DNA of 58,303 nucleotides from a virus (lineage: Duplodnaviria; Caudoviricetes), in the IMG/VR virus record IMGVR_UViG_3300003324_000049, positions 1 through 58,303 of that record. The stretch is one strand, 5' to 3'. The translations under genes were made by a program, and so were the position numbers. A model generated the notes under the pieces. The model saw nothing but the letters and a program-made list of their open reading frames with translations. It did not search any database and was not told the origin of the DNA. Of this stretch, positions 38,804 to 46,505 are shown piece by piece. Within the stretch, counting starts at the first letter, position 1. Every line of letters starts with the position of its first letter.

Positions 38804-38839
38804 AGGTAATCACCTCCTTAAATATCTAGTAGTAGAGTT

Positions 38840-39079
38840 TTAGACGTACACTCGAGTGTTCATTCGAACGTAACCCTCGTAACATCCGAGTGCTACCCTC
38901 TCGAAATAAGTGCAGCCGTAGCGGTAGCAGTAGTAGCCGCCATTCATTGCCCAGTAACAGCTCGTGTATGAGGCTGCTTCGGCTTTCTGAACAACGGGTG
39001 CTACCGGAGTTCCCGATACAGCCGTTGCCCCGAAGGCAAGCAATGCAGACGAACCAAGAATTGCCAGAAGTTTCTTCAT
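38840..39079 (-). CDS. Secreted small Cys/Tyr-rich protein
   Basis: Signal peptide MKKLLAIL...AEA; four Cys in the mature part. Confidence 0.7.
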   Translation of the reverse strand: MKKLLAILGSSALLAFGATAVSGTPVAPVVQKAEAASYTSCYWAMNGGYYCYRYGCTYFERVALGCYEGYVRMNTRVYV

Positions 39080-39091
39080 ACTTCCCCTATG

Positions 39092-39271
39092 TTATAGACC
39101 GTTGATTTGTGGAATTGTCTCCACGTATCCAGGACAGTCGAAATGTGGTTCATGACCGATAGTCAAACCACAAAACGGATCTTCCTGAACAGGTTCTGGG
39201 GTTTCTTGACTTGCTTCTTCGGCCGCGGCTGCTTTTTCAGCAATCATTGCGTGTGTTTCAAGCGTGCACAC
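39092..39271 (-). CDS. Small protein, 59 aa, with CG-x4-H-x2-H...CPGY motif
   Basis: Manual translation from GTG after GGGGG RBS. Confidence 0.55.
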   Translation of the reverse strand: MCTLETHAMIAEKAAAAEEASQETPEPVQEDPFCGLTIGHEPHFDCPGYVETIPQINGL

Positions 39272-39305
39272 AGTGTTACCCCCGATAGTAATGATGTTTA
39301 TGATG

Positions 39306-39911
39306 ACAAAGTTGCTAAAACAGACAAAAGTAAAGAATACATGTTCGCAACTTTGTAGAATTCGGCAAAAGTAAAGAATCTATGTAGGAACTCTATGATA
39401 GAACGTTAGATCTCGAACGTTTACAACCGCACGAAGTCACAAACGCCTCTTGAAAGGAGTGTAGGGTAGATGAAGTCCTACTTTTATTGTGAGATCTAAC
39501 GCTCTATCACAGAGTCCCTACATAGTATGAGGGAACTTTGGACCTAGTATGGTGACTGTATACTCATACTTCTTACCCTCAGAAGGAATGCCAGATTTGC
39601 GCGTCGGCAGGGAACGATCATGTCGTAGAAAACCATTAAGTCCGGTGAGACCTGGAATTCCATCTAAAGGTAAGGGGTTTACATGTATAGCTTGAAGAGG
39701 GCTTAGGTTCTCTGACGTTGCCCAACGTACTGACTAGGCGGAGAGTCGTCCCGGAATCGACACCTAGGAGATCAACTAAACCCTCATCAAGTCATACATG
39801 TATAGTGTTGTGGGCGTCGATTCGTCCGGATTTCTCAGCTCTCATGGGGGAAGAGCACGGCCCCAGCCACAGACATTTAAGCTACCTCGGCAGATAGCCC
39901 CACAACTACTA
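39306..39911 (-). ncRNA. Tract of six near-abutting long stem-loops; putative structured RNA or precursor
   Basis: Inverted repeats 39306-39315/39347-39356, 39380-39414/39491-39525, 39524-39531/39563-39570, 39572-39594/39652-39674, 39680-39706/39776-39802 and ~39803-39815/39897-39911; many mismatches become G-U pairs on the minus strand. Confidence 0.7.
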
Positions 39912-39912
39912 A

Positions 39913-40089
39913 CTACTTATTGTCGTTCTTCTCAGAAGCACGCGAACGAGAGCGCGAAGGCTTCTCAGCTTCCTTGAGAGTTTCGATTCGAGCATCGACA
40001 ACACGCTCGATGAGGTCCTGGTTGGGAACGAGCCAATCAACCTTGGGGGTTGTGGGAACGGCTTCTTCGTTTTCGGGAGTTTCTGCCAT
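39913..40089 (-). CDS. Small hypothetical protein (MAETPEN...)
   Basis: RBS GAAAGG before the ATG; first ORF of the late block. Confidence 0.6.
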   Translation of the reverse strand: MAETPENEEAVPTTPKVDWLVPNQDLIERVVDARIETLKEAEKPSRSRSRASEKNDNK

Positions 40090-40243
40090 GATAGAGACCT
40101 TTCGCAGATTGATGAGGGTCAAATTGTTCCCGGAAAAGTTCCCCCGGGGCATTTTTTAGAAGGGCCGCGATGCAGGGAGGGGGGCCTGTTTGCGAGACCC
40201 CTCCCCCCATACCGCTTATTGAATTGTATATTCAGTTATTTAT

Positions 40244-40495
40244 TCAGTTAGAGCTAGGATTTTCAACTCTGATGTAATTTCCAGTGATATTGAGCTCAAG
40301 TATCTCATCGATAGCATGATCGATAGCTTGTATCTGATCAAGTTCACTCAATTCATCACTGAATACACAGATCCTAGCTTGGTAGGCCAGCGTATGGTAG
40401 CCTGACTGCTGGTCCCAGTTGTTCCACTGATCGAACTCAGTGAAAGGATTGTATGGATTGTCAGCTGTCGATAGCATTGTTTCTTTAGCCAACAT
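40244..40495 (-). CDS. Small conserved-type protein downstream of the RNAP-like gene
   Basis: RBS GAAAGGA; MLST.DNPY.PF..F..W...D...GY motif. Confidence 0.75.
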   Translation of the reverse strand: MLAKETMLSTADNPYNPFTEFDQWNNWDQQSGYHTLAYQARICVFSDELSELDQIQAIDHAIDEILELNITGNYIRVENPSSN

Positions 40496-40507
40496 CTTTC
40501 CTTTCTC

Positions 40508-43255
40508 TTAGTCTTCAGTTGGTTTGGGATTGATAGCACGATCCAATGTTGATGTAGATACACCAAGGATAGTAGCCACATCAGCCTGTGTCTTACCACT
40601 AGCCAGCAAGGACTGAGCTCTAGCAAGAGTACTACCTGCCATTACCTCTGTCTTCCTGGGTGTAGCCAGTTCCTTGACGTTGTCTATGTCAGCATTGTCA
40701 AGGATCTTCTCCAGCATGTTGGTACTGATAGCACCAGCCTGGATAGCATCCCATTCTTTAGGGGTGATCTTAATGGTCTGCTTGGTAGCACCGGTTCTAG
40801 CACGGCCTTCTTGTTGTGCAAGACTCTTGATCTTCTTGAGTTCAGCTGCATCCATCTCTGGATTAGCATCTCTCTTAGCCTTAACAATAGTACCGGCTAT
40901 CAGCTGGGCATGGCGTTCAAGGGGTTTATTCTTGAGGGCCTCGTTGAGTTTGCCACGGAGGGCGTCTACTTCGACGGCGTATACCTTCTTAGCAGAGGCG
41001 CTTTGTGGAGTGGGGGTAACATTAACCGCTACCTTCCTTGACTCATTGGCCAGAGCCTTCAGCTTATTGGCATGGTCTGCATAGACATGTTCTATAACAG
41101 TGCCGCCATTAGAAGACACCAGGTCATAAGCATCATCTACTAGATCAAGCTTCTTAACCTTAGTAGTCTTGAGGATACCGGTATCCTCATACTTACCAGT
41201 AGCTGGGTTCAGAGCCTTCCGAGTCTCACCAGTCTCTACCCATACCCTCTTACCAGTAGCCTTATCAATAGGTCCACCATCCTTAGCCATACGAGGTTTC
41301 CTATCAGGAACCCTGGCTTCAGACTTAGCCCTAGAGATAATGGTCGATGCACCACCAGCTTTGCCGTTAGGCTTCATCTGGTATTCCCTCTTAAGAGCAG
41401 CAATGCCATTGTCTTTAGCAGACTGCTTATAATCGAGGTGGTGTTTCTCAGCATCGATAACTACCATTGAGTGCTTGACTGCACGAGCAATCTCATTGAA
41501 TGGTGCACCCTTGATGGTCATGTCTGTAATCAGATTAGAGACATCGCCCATCTGTTGGCCTTTGGCTTTGGCCGACATCTTAGGTGCATCATCGGGAAGC
41601 TTATACAGCTTCTTAGGATCGAAGTCCTTCAGTTCCTTTAGGGGCTGAGATGACTTGATCTTACCTTCAGGATTGGGAATGACAAGGACAGTATCGCCAT
41701 CAAAGTCTGCACCAGACAGTCGTTCTGCTACCTTCGAGTTGATACCAATAGCATCCCTAGCCTGCTTGATTACAGCATTGGCTTCACGGTTCTTGTTGTT
41801 GACAACGAGTTCCGGGATTTCAAAAGTACCACCATGAGGGTGTCGAATCAGAACAACCTTTTCTCCATCCTTGTAATTAGGAGCATAAACTTCATAGTCC
41901 TTCAAACTGTTGAATGGGAGAATGACATGGTTGGCAGTTCGAGGAAGACCCGCTGCTTTCAGATGAACGGCAGAAGAATCGGCTCCATCAGCGAACTTCT
42001 CCATCAACTTCCGTTTTACAACAGGGTTGGTGAGAGAATTGATTTCGTCGAATTCGGCTTTCTTCTGATCATACCGTTTTCCAAGCTGTTCCTTAGCAAG
42101 GCTCGGACTTTGCTTAGAGAGCATCTGTGAGGAAAGCTTATTGGACCATGCAGTCCAGTCACCTTCTTCATTCACAATGTTGAGCGCAGAAGTAACCGTT
42201 TCAGTTCCATCTTTGTTCTTTTTCGTGATTTGACGAACAGCAGACCCAAACGGGTTTTCTTCGTCTTTTTGAGGCTTCATAGCATCGAGCTTGTTGCCGG
42301 TGTCACTCTTATTGGTGTTAAAGATCATATCCACACCATTTGGGAGGTTGTCATTATACATGACCATTCCCTTAAGGTAGTGAGTGCCGTTTACACCAAT
42401 TCGAACCTGGGCATATCGAGAATTCCCCATATCAAGGTCTTTTACGCCTCGACGGATCTCAATAACGCCGTCTTTGTCAGCACCGCCTTCTTCGGCATAC
42501 CGAACGCCTACCCGCTTAAGGTCTACGTTGAGCGGGGGCAACATTCCGAAGTTGGTAAAGGATTTACCGCCATCATCAGAATCTCCAAGCAAGGGTTTGA
42601 TCTTGTCCTTGTTTTTGAGAACGTCAGAATAGGTTTTATCAGGACCAGTCAAAACTTTGATATTGGTAAAGTTACCAGTACCCATCTGTTCCTGTTTAAT
42701 GTAGTGGACCTTATAACCTTCTTCTTTAAGAGCGGCAATAGCCGTTCCGAGGCGAGTACTACTTACGCCAAGATGATTTTCGGTTCCAGCACCGAAGTCG
42801 ACATACTCATTCTTCGAAATTTGGTCTTTGATGAGTTTCGCAGTACCAAGAATCGCATTTTGGTCTTCTTTTTGTGCATCGGCAAGAAGAGCACGAACAG
42901 AAGACTCGTTTTTACCACCCATGAGCTCACCAATCTTTACATTGGTATAACCCTTTTCTTTTAGCTTTACAGCCTGGGCAATATCAGCTCGTTTAATCTG
43001 ATCATTAGCGATAGACGTCAAAGCACGAAGCTGAGTCGTCGTCATTTTGTATTCTTTGCCATCCGCATCGACACCGCTGTAGTATTTAGCGATTTCGGTG
43101 GGAGTCAAACCCTGTTTCTGCAGAGCTTCGATGTGACCTTTAAACGAACGAGACCGTTGTTCAGGATTTTCACCGCTACCCCAAGGATAGCGGCCAGACT
43201 TTCGCAGGATGCCTTCATGTCTTAGAAAGCTTGCGTCTGTAGTTTCTTTTCCCAT
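40508..43255 (-). CDS. Single-chain two-barrel (DPBB) RNA polymerase-like protein with HTH domains (915 aa)
   Basis: YAQVRIG...YLKGM (barrel 1); RHPH...LSGADFDGD (catalytic motif, 41693-41713); N- and C-terminal HTH-like segments. Confidence 0.8.
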   Translation of the reverse strand: MGKETTDASFLRHEGILRKSGRYPWGSGENPEQRSRSFKGHIEALQKQGLTPTEIAKYYSGVDADGKEYKMTTTQLRALTSIANDQIKRADIAQAVKLKEKGYTNVKIGELMGGKNESSVRALLADAQKEDQNAILGTAKLIKDQISKNEYVDFGAGTENHLGVSSTRLGTAIAALKEEGYKVHYIKQEQMGTGNFTNIKVLTGPDKTYSDVLKNKDKIKPLLGDSDDGGKSFTNFGMLPPLNVDLKRVGVRYAEEGGADKDGVIEIRRGVKDLDMGNSRYAQVRIGVNGTHYLKGMVMYNDNLPNGVDMIFNTNKSDTGNKLDAMKPQKDEENPFGSAVRQITKKNKDGTETVTSALNIVNEEGDWTAWSNKLSSQMLSKQSPSLAKEQLGKRYDQKKAEFDEINSLTNPVVKRKLMEKFADGADSSAVHLKAAGLPRTANHVILPFNSLKDYEVYAPNYKDGEKVVLIRHPHGGTFEIPELVVNNKNREANAVIKQARDAIGINSKVAERLSGADFDGDTVLVIPNPEGKIKSSQPLKELKDFDPKKLYKLPDDAPKMSAKAKGQQMGDVSNLITDMTIKGAPFNEIARAVKHSMVVIDAEKHHLDYKQSAKDNGIAALKREYQMKPNGKAGGASTIISRAKSEARVPDRKPRMAKDGGPIDKATGKRVWVETGETRKALNPATGKYEDTGILKTTKVKKLDLVDDAYDLVSSNGGTVIEHVYADHANKLKALANESRKVAVNVTPTPQSASAKKVYAVEVDALRGKLNEALKNKPLERHAQLIAGTIVKAKRDANPEMDAAELKKIKSLAQQEGRARTGATKQTIKITPKEWDAIQAGAISTNMLEKILDNADIDNVKELATPRKTEVMAGSTLARAQSLLASGKTQADVATILGVSTSTLDRAINPKPTED

Positions 43256-43267
43256 TCAGGACACCCC

Positions 43268-43846
43268 CTAACTTGCGGCGAGTTCGAGCATTTCATTCAT
43301 AAGACGGTCCGCAGTCTTAATACGGTCCATGATGTAAGCAATGTCATCATTCGGAGGAATAAAAGCAACCACATCGTCGTTCTGATAAATGCGGAGCTCA
43401 ATGAGATCAATCTCGAAAGGTTTCAACTCGTATTCCAAACAGAAGAGGGCAACATAAATCATAAGCTGCCGCATATCTGCTTTGAGGATGCCAGTCTTCA
43501 AGTCATGGATTCGAAGTACGGTACCGAGGTTTGGTTCTTCACGGTAACTGATTGCATCAGCCGTTCCGAAACAATTGTATGAATAGAACAGAATCTGTTC
43601 AGGAGTCATACGAAAGCCGATTGCGTCATTGACGTACCGGCTCAAAGTTTTGTTATTACGAGGGAGTTTGACCCCGAGAAGAATCAGATTCTTAGCGAGA
43701 TCATGAAGTCGACTACCCTCGAGAGCTGCCATCTGGGATTTAACCCATTTAAGCAGCCGGTCGTTGTCGTAGTTGATCCAGTGGTACTTGCTTGCGCTGA
43801 ACTGCGCGTGCTTTCCTTCTAGATGAGAATGCTTGTTGAAGAGCAT
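43268..43846 (-). CDS. Cas4-like/PD-(D/E)XK exonuclease (DUF2800-like)
   Basis: G..LH, FGTADAI, IHDLKTG and QL.IY motifs; start reassigned to MLFNKH. Confidence 0.8.
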   Translation of the reverse strand: MLFNKHSHLEGKHAQFSASKYHWINYDNDRLLKWVKSQMAALEGSRLHDLAKNLILLGVKLPRNNKTLSRYVNDAIGFRMTPEQILFYSYNCFGTADAISYREEPNLGTVLRIHDLKTGILKADMRQLMIYVALFCLEYELKPFEIDLIELRIYQNDDVVAFIPPNDDIAYIMDRIKTADRLMNEMLELAAS

Positions 43847-44126
43847 TGAGTACAACCTCTTTGTTTTCCGGGTATATGACTGACGAGAATGACATTCGAT
43901 CAAACTGTTCGATGTACCATTCTTGGTTGGGGCGGAAGGGCGCTTGGGCATCACGCTTGGCTTCCAGTATTGCCCAACGGTCATTGAACAAAATTAGAAG
44001 GTCTGGAATCCCTTGTTGCTCATTAGCGTCTAGCTTGATAATGAAGCAGCCAGGAAACAACCTTCGTAACTCTTTCTTGAGACCAGCTTGAAAGTCGGAC
44101 TCGAGCTTAGACTTAGCTTTTGCCAT
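43749..44126 (-). CDS. VRR-NUC domain nuclease (Holliday junction resolvase-like)
   Basis: E..FQ, GIPDL, LEAK and PNQ motifs. Confidence 0.85.
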   Translation of the reverse strand: MAKAKSKLESDFQAGLKKELRRLFPGCFIIKLDANEQQGIPDLLILFNDRWAILEAKRDAQAPFRPNQEWYIEQFDRMSFSSVIYPENKEVVLNALQQAFSSRRKARAVQRKQVPLDQLRQRPAA

Positions 44127-44204
44127 AGACTCTCCTGTTACGAAAAATGAAAGGCGCTGTATAGTACAGACATCTTACTCCTTCTATTATAATCCATGTA
44201 TTCC

Positions 44205-44592
44205 TTACGTGGGCAATGGCGGAAAACCCAGACTTGTGGCCACTTGGCCAGAAAACCCACTTAAAACCCAAAACTCTTTATATATACCCTTTTTTACTTC
44301 GATTAAAAGTTTTAAGAAAAAAGTGGGCAAAGTGGCCAACTATGGACGTTTCGTCCAAGTGTGTGGGCACTTTTACGCTAAAAGCGAACAAAACAAGCAA
44401 ATTCAAGCCAAAAACGGCTCAATTTTTTCCGCCATTGCCCACGCAAGCACTAAAAATCAATTTTTCGTCTGGCCACTTATTTTGGCCAAAGTGGGCAGAT
44501 TGGCCACTTTTCTGGCCAGAAATTCAAAACTTGGGTGGAAAGTGCCCACAAAATTTTTCAATAAGTGGGCAGCTGGCCAATTACTGGCCACT
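44205..44592. repeat. AT-rich non-coding region with iterated GTGGGCA/TGGCCA motifs; candidate replication origin
   Basis: More than 12 copies in both orientations among A/T tracts; no credible ORF. Confidence 0.6.
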
Positions 44593-44929
44593 AGATTTTG
44601 TCTAGTTCCACCTTGAAGTGCATACTACTAGGTCCGTAAGAGATAAGTTTGCCCTGTCGCTCGAGCTTCCGAAGTTTAGCCAATAGCAGTTTTTCTGGAA
44701 TAGGTTCAAGTACTTCCGCAATCTCATAGAAGTTCGCGAGCTTCTTCTTGCGATAGTGTAGTGACTTTGCGGGCATCGCTTCATCAGCAAGACTAAAGAT
44801 TGTATGTCTGCCAATCCCAGAAGCTCCAGGCCAGACTGTCCACAGGTTCTGAAGAAAGAAAACTGTCTCGAGTACAACAATGTCCGGGATGTGCTTTAGC
44901 TGTAGTTTAGTCGGTGAACTCTTACCCAT
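44591..44929 (-). CDS. Hypothetical protein
   Basis: PEKLLLAKLRKLE..G winged-helix-like motif; abuts the upstream gene. Confidence 0.65.
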   Translation of the reverse strand: MGKSSPTKLQLKHIPDIVVLETVFFLQNLWTVWPGASGIGRHTIFSLADEAMPAKSLHYRKKKLANFYEIAEVLEPIPEKLLLAKLRKLERQGKLISYGPSSMHFKVELDKI

Positions 44930-45166
44930 CTACAATCCTACTTTCTTCGTTAAAAGCATAATCTCCCAGGTTAGCTTTTTATCCACCATACCTGAGTAGT
45001 CCGGGAAAAACTTTTTCATTGTCCGGTGGCTAACTCCGAACGTCTTCGCAATTTGGGCAAGCGGCCATTCGTCTTCCATGCAGGCCCGAAGCCGCTCAGT
45101 CAATTCCTCACTGAGCGGCCCCCGATCTGCGACAGTCCTACGTTCGATCATTGGGTTCGTCGACAC
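44930..45166 (-). CDS. HTH DNA-binding protein
   Basis: WPLAQIAKTFGVSHRTMKKFFP. Confidence 0.75.
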   Translation of the reverse strand: MSTNPMIERRTVADRGPLSEELTERLRACMEDEWPLAQIAKTFGVSHRTMKKFFPDYSGMVDKKLTWEIMLLTKKVGL

Positions 45167-45404
45167 GACTCAATATCCAGAGGACAGTGTATTTACGGAC
45201 GTTATACCAAAGTTCGTAGAATGGCCACACCATTACTAGAAGCCAAGAGACCCAACCTGCAGTCTTATAAGAGTCTTCCTTGTTATAGCTGTAAGGAAAG
45301 TCTTTCTTTATCCATGCATCGATTCGCTTGAAGTAGACGGGCAATCTACTTATACCCACGATCCAGTATCCGATGAAGATAAGCCATCCTGCTAGTTCAC
45401 CCAT
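45138..45404 (-). CDS. Two-TM membrane protein
   Basis: Two hydrophobic Trp-rich segments. Confidence 0.65.
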   Translation of the reverse strand: MGELAGWLIFIGYWIVGISRLPVYFKRIDAWIKKDFPYSYNKEDSYKTAGWVSWLLVMVWPFYELWYNVRKYTVLWILSRVDEPNDRT

Positions 45405-45721
45405 TATGCCACCTTCTTAACGTACACTGCATCCCGCTTCTCCGGAAAGGCACTCAAGTATTGTTCGTGAACAAACACTTCGGTGTTCCATCCATTCCGA
45501 TGAATCAAAACTTTGTTCCCCTCGATAGTGTGGCGTTGCGGAATGATACGCTTCGTCGATATATACCGCACTAACAGAGTGGCCGAGACCTCGTAGCCTG
45601 GGAACTTCGGGATTGGGCGCCACTCTAAATTGTTGCTCACTTGCTGCTTCCCCCACGTTAAGTAGTAGATCAAGTCGTTCAGGAGACCAAGCCTCAACGA
45701 TGTAGTTTTTGTGTGATTCAT
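45404..45721 (-). CDS. NUMOD4-like protein (true start probably downstream)
   Basis: EWRPIPKFPGYEVS. Confidence 0.6.
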   Translation of the reverse strand: MNHTKTTSLRLGLLNDLIYYLTWGKQQVSNNLEWRPIPKFPGYEVSATLLVRYISTKRIIPQRHTIEGNKVLIHRNGWNTEVFVHEQYLSAFPEKRDAVYVKKVA

Positions 45722-45787
45722 AAGTATCGGGCAGATGTACTTTCATCCACTCGACTTGGTTTTTTGTTAGGACTAGAGGGATAGGCT

Positions 45788-46051
45788 TCACAGCGCCATC
45801 TCTTCCTCGATGACGATGCCCCGACCCTGCTTAATTTTCTTAAGCGTATCCTCGGCTTCTCGGACCCTCTTCTCACAGTTGAAGGTTGTAGGCTTCCAGA
45901 CATGTTCCGGCAGTCTGATAGCCGTTACAGCGCCGCTCACACCCTTTAGAGAATCGACCCGTGTTGCGATCCGAATCGCCTTTGGGTCCAGGTTCTTCCG
46001 GAGTGCGTAGATCGATGCGTGCCGCTGGTTTCCAAACATCAGGTAGATCAT
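45788..46051 (-). CDS. Hypothetical protein (MIYLMFG...)
   Basis: RBS GAGGAG before the internal ATG; coupled to the upstream stop. Confidence 0.6.
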   Translation of the reverse strand: MIYLMFGNQRHASIYALRKNLDPKAIRIATRVDSLKGVSGAVTAIRLPEHVWKPTTFNCEKRVREAEDTLKKIKQGRGIVIEEEMAL

Positions 46052-46284
46052 CAAGCTCTCCTCATCAAGTGCATGTGAAGGTTCTCTTCTTTGATTGTGT
46101 GATACAAAGTTTCTGTAGTCCACACTTGGTTTCGTCCAGCGAGAACCCACTGATCTGTATCATTCTGCAAAGCTATCTGAATGGTAGGAAACTTATCCTC
46201 CCAGTCATGGATAGCAATCACATCACCCAGGACAAGAGATTTGAGGTCTTCCAAACTCTCAATCACTCCACGACGGATGGTCAC
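46051..46284 (-). CDS. Hypothetical protein
   Basis: Overlapping start/stop coupling. Confidence 0.6.
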   Translation of the reverse strand: MTIRRGVIESLEDLKSLVLGDVIAIHDWEDKFPTIQIALQNDTDQWVLAGRNQVWTTETLYHTIKEENLHMHLMRRA

Positions 46285-46505
46285 TTCTTGTTCTCCTTAT
46301 GAGCCTTCATGGCGTAGTAGATGAACTGGACGATGAGCCCGACCAGAAACATGTTTGGGAAGAATGGACTGAGTCCAAAGAACAGCAGTACCGATGTCAC
46401 CACTAGTCCCAGGAGTAACATAAGGGTTAGGAACCCCATAAGGGCGGACTTCTTCTCGGCCTCAGTCATCGGCTCATGTTTCTTACAACTGCACTGATCG
46501 GTCAC
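46281..46505 (-). CDS. Two-TM membrane protein
   Basis: Hydrophobic hairpin; GTGA coupling. Confidence 0.65.
   Translation of the reverse strand: MTDQCSCKKHEPMTEAEKKSALMGFLTLMLLLGLVVTSVLLFFGLSPFFPNMFLVGLIVQFIYYAMKAHKENKK

Noticed and set aside
43268-43846. CRISPR-associated Cas4
   Set aside because: It is a stand-alone phage PD-(D/E)XK exonuclease next to VRR-NUC, with no CRISPR context
44209-44616. Two plus-strand ORFs over the repeat region
   Set aside because: The translations are low-complexity products of the GTGGGCA/TGGCCA repeats, on the opposite strand to all other genes
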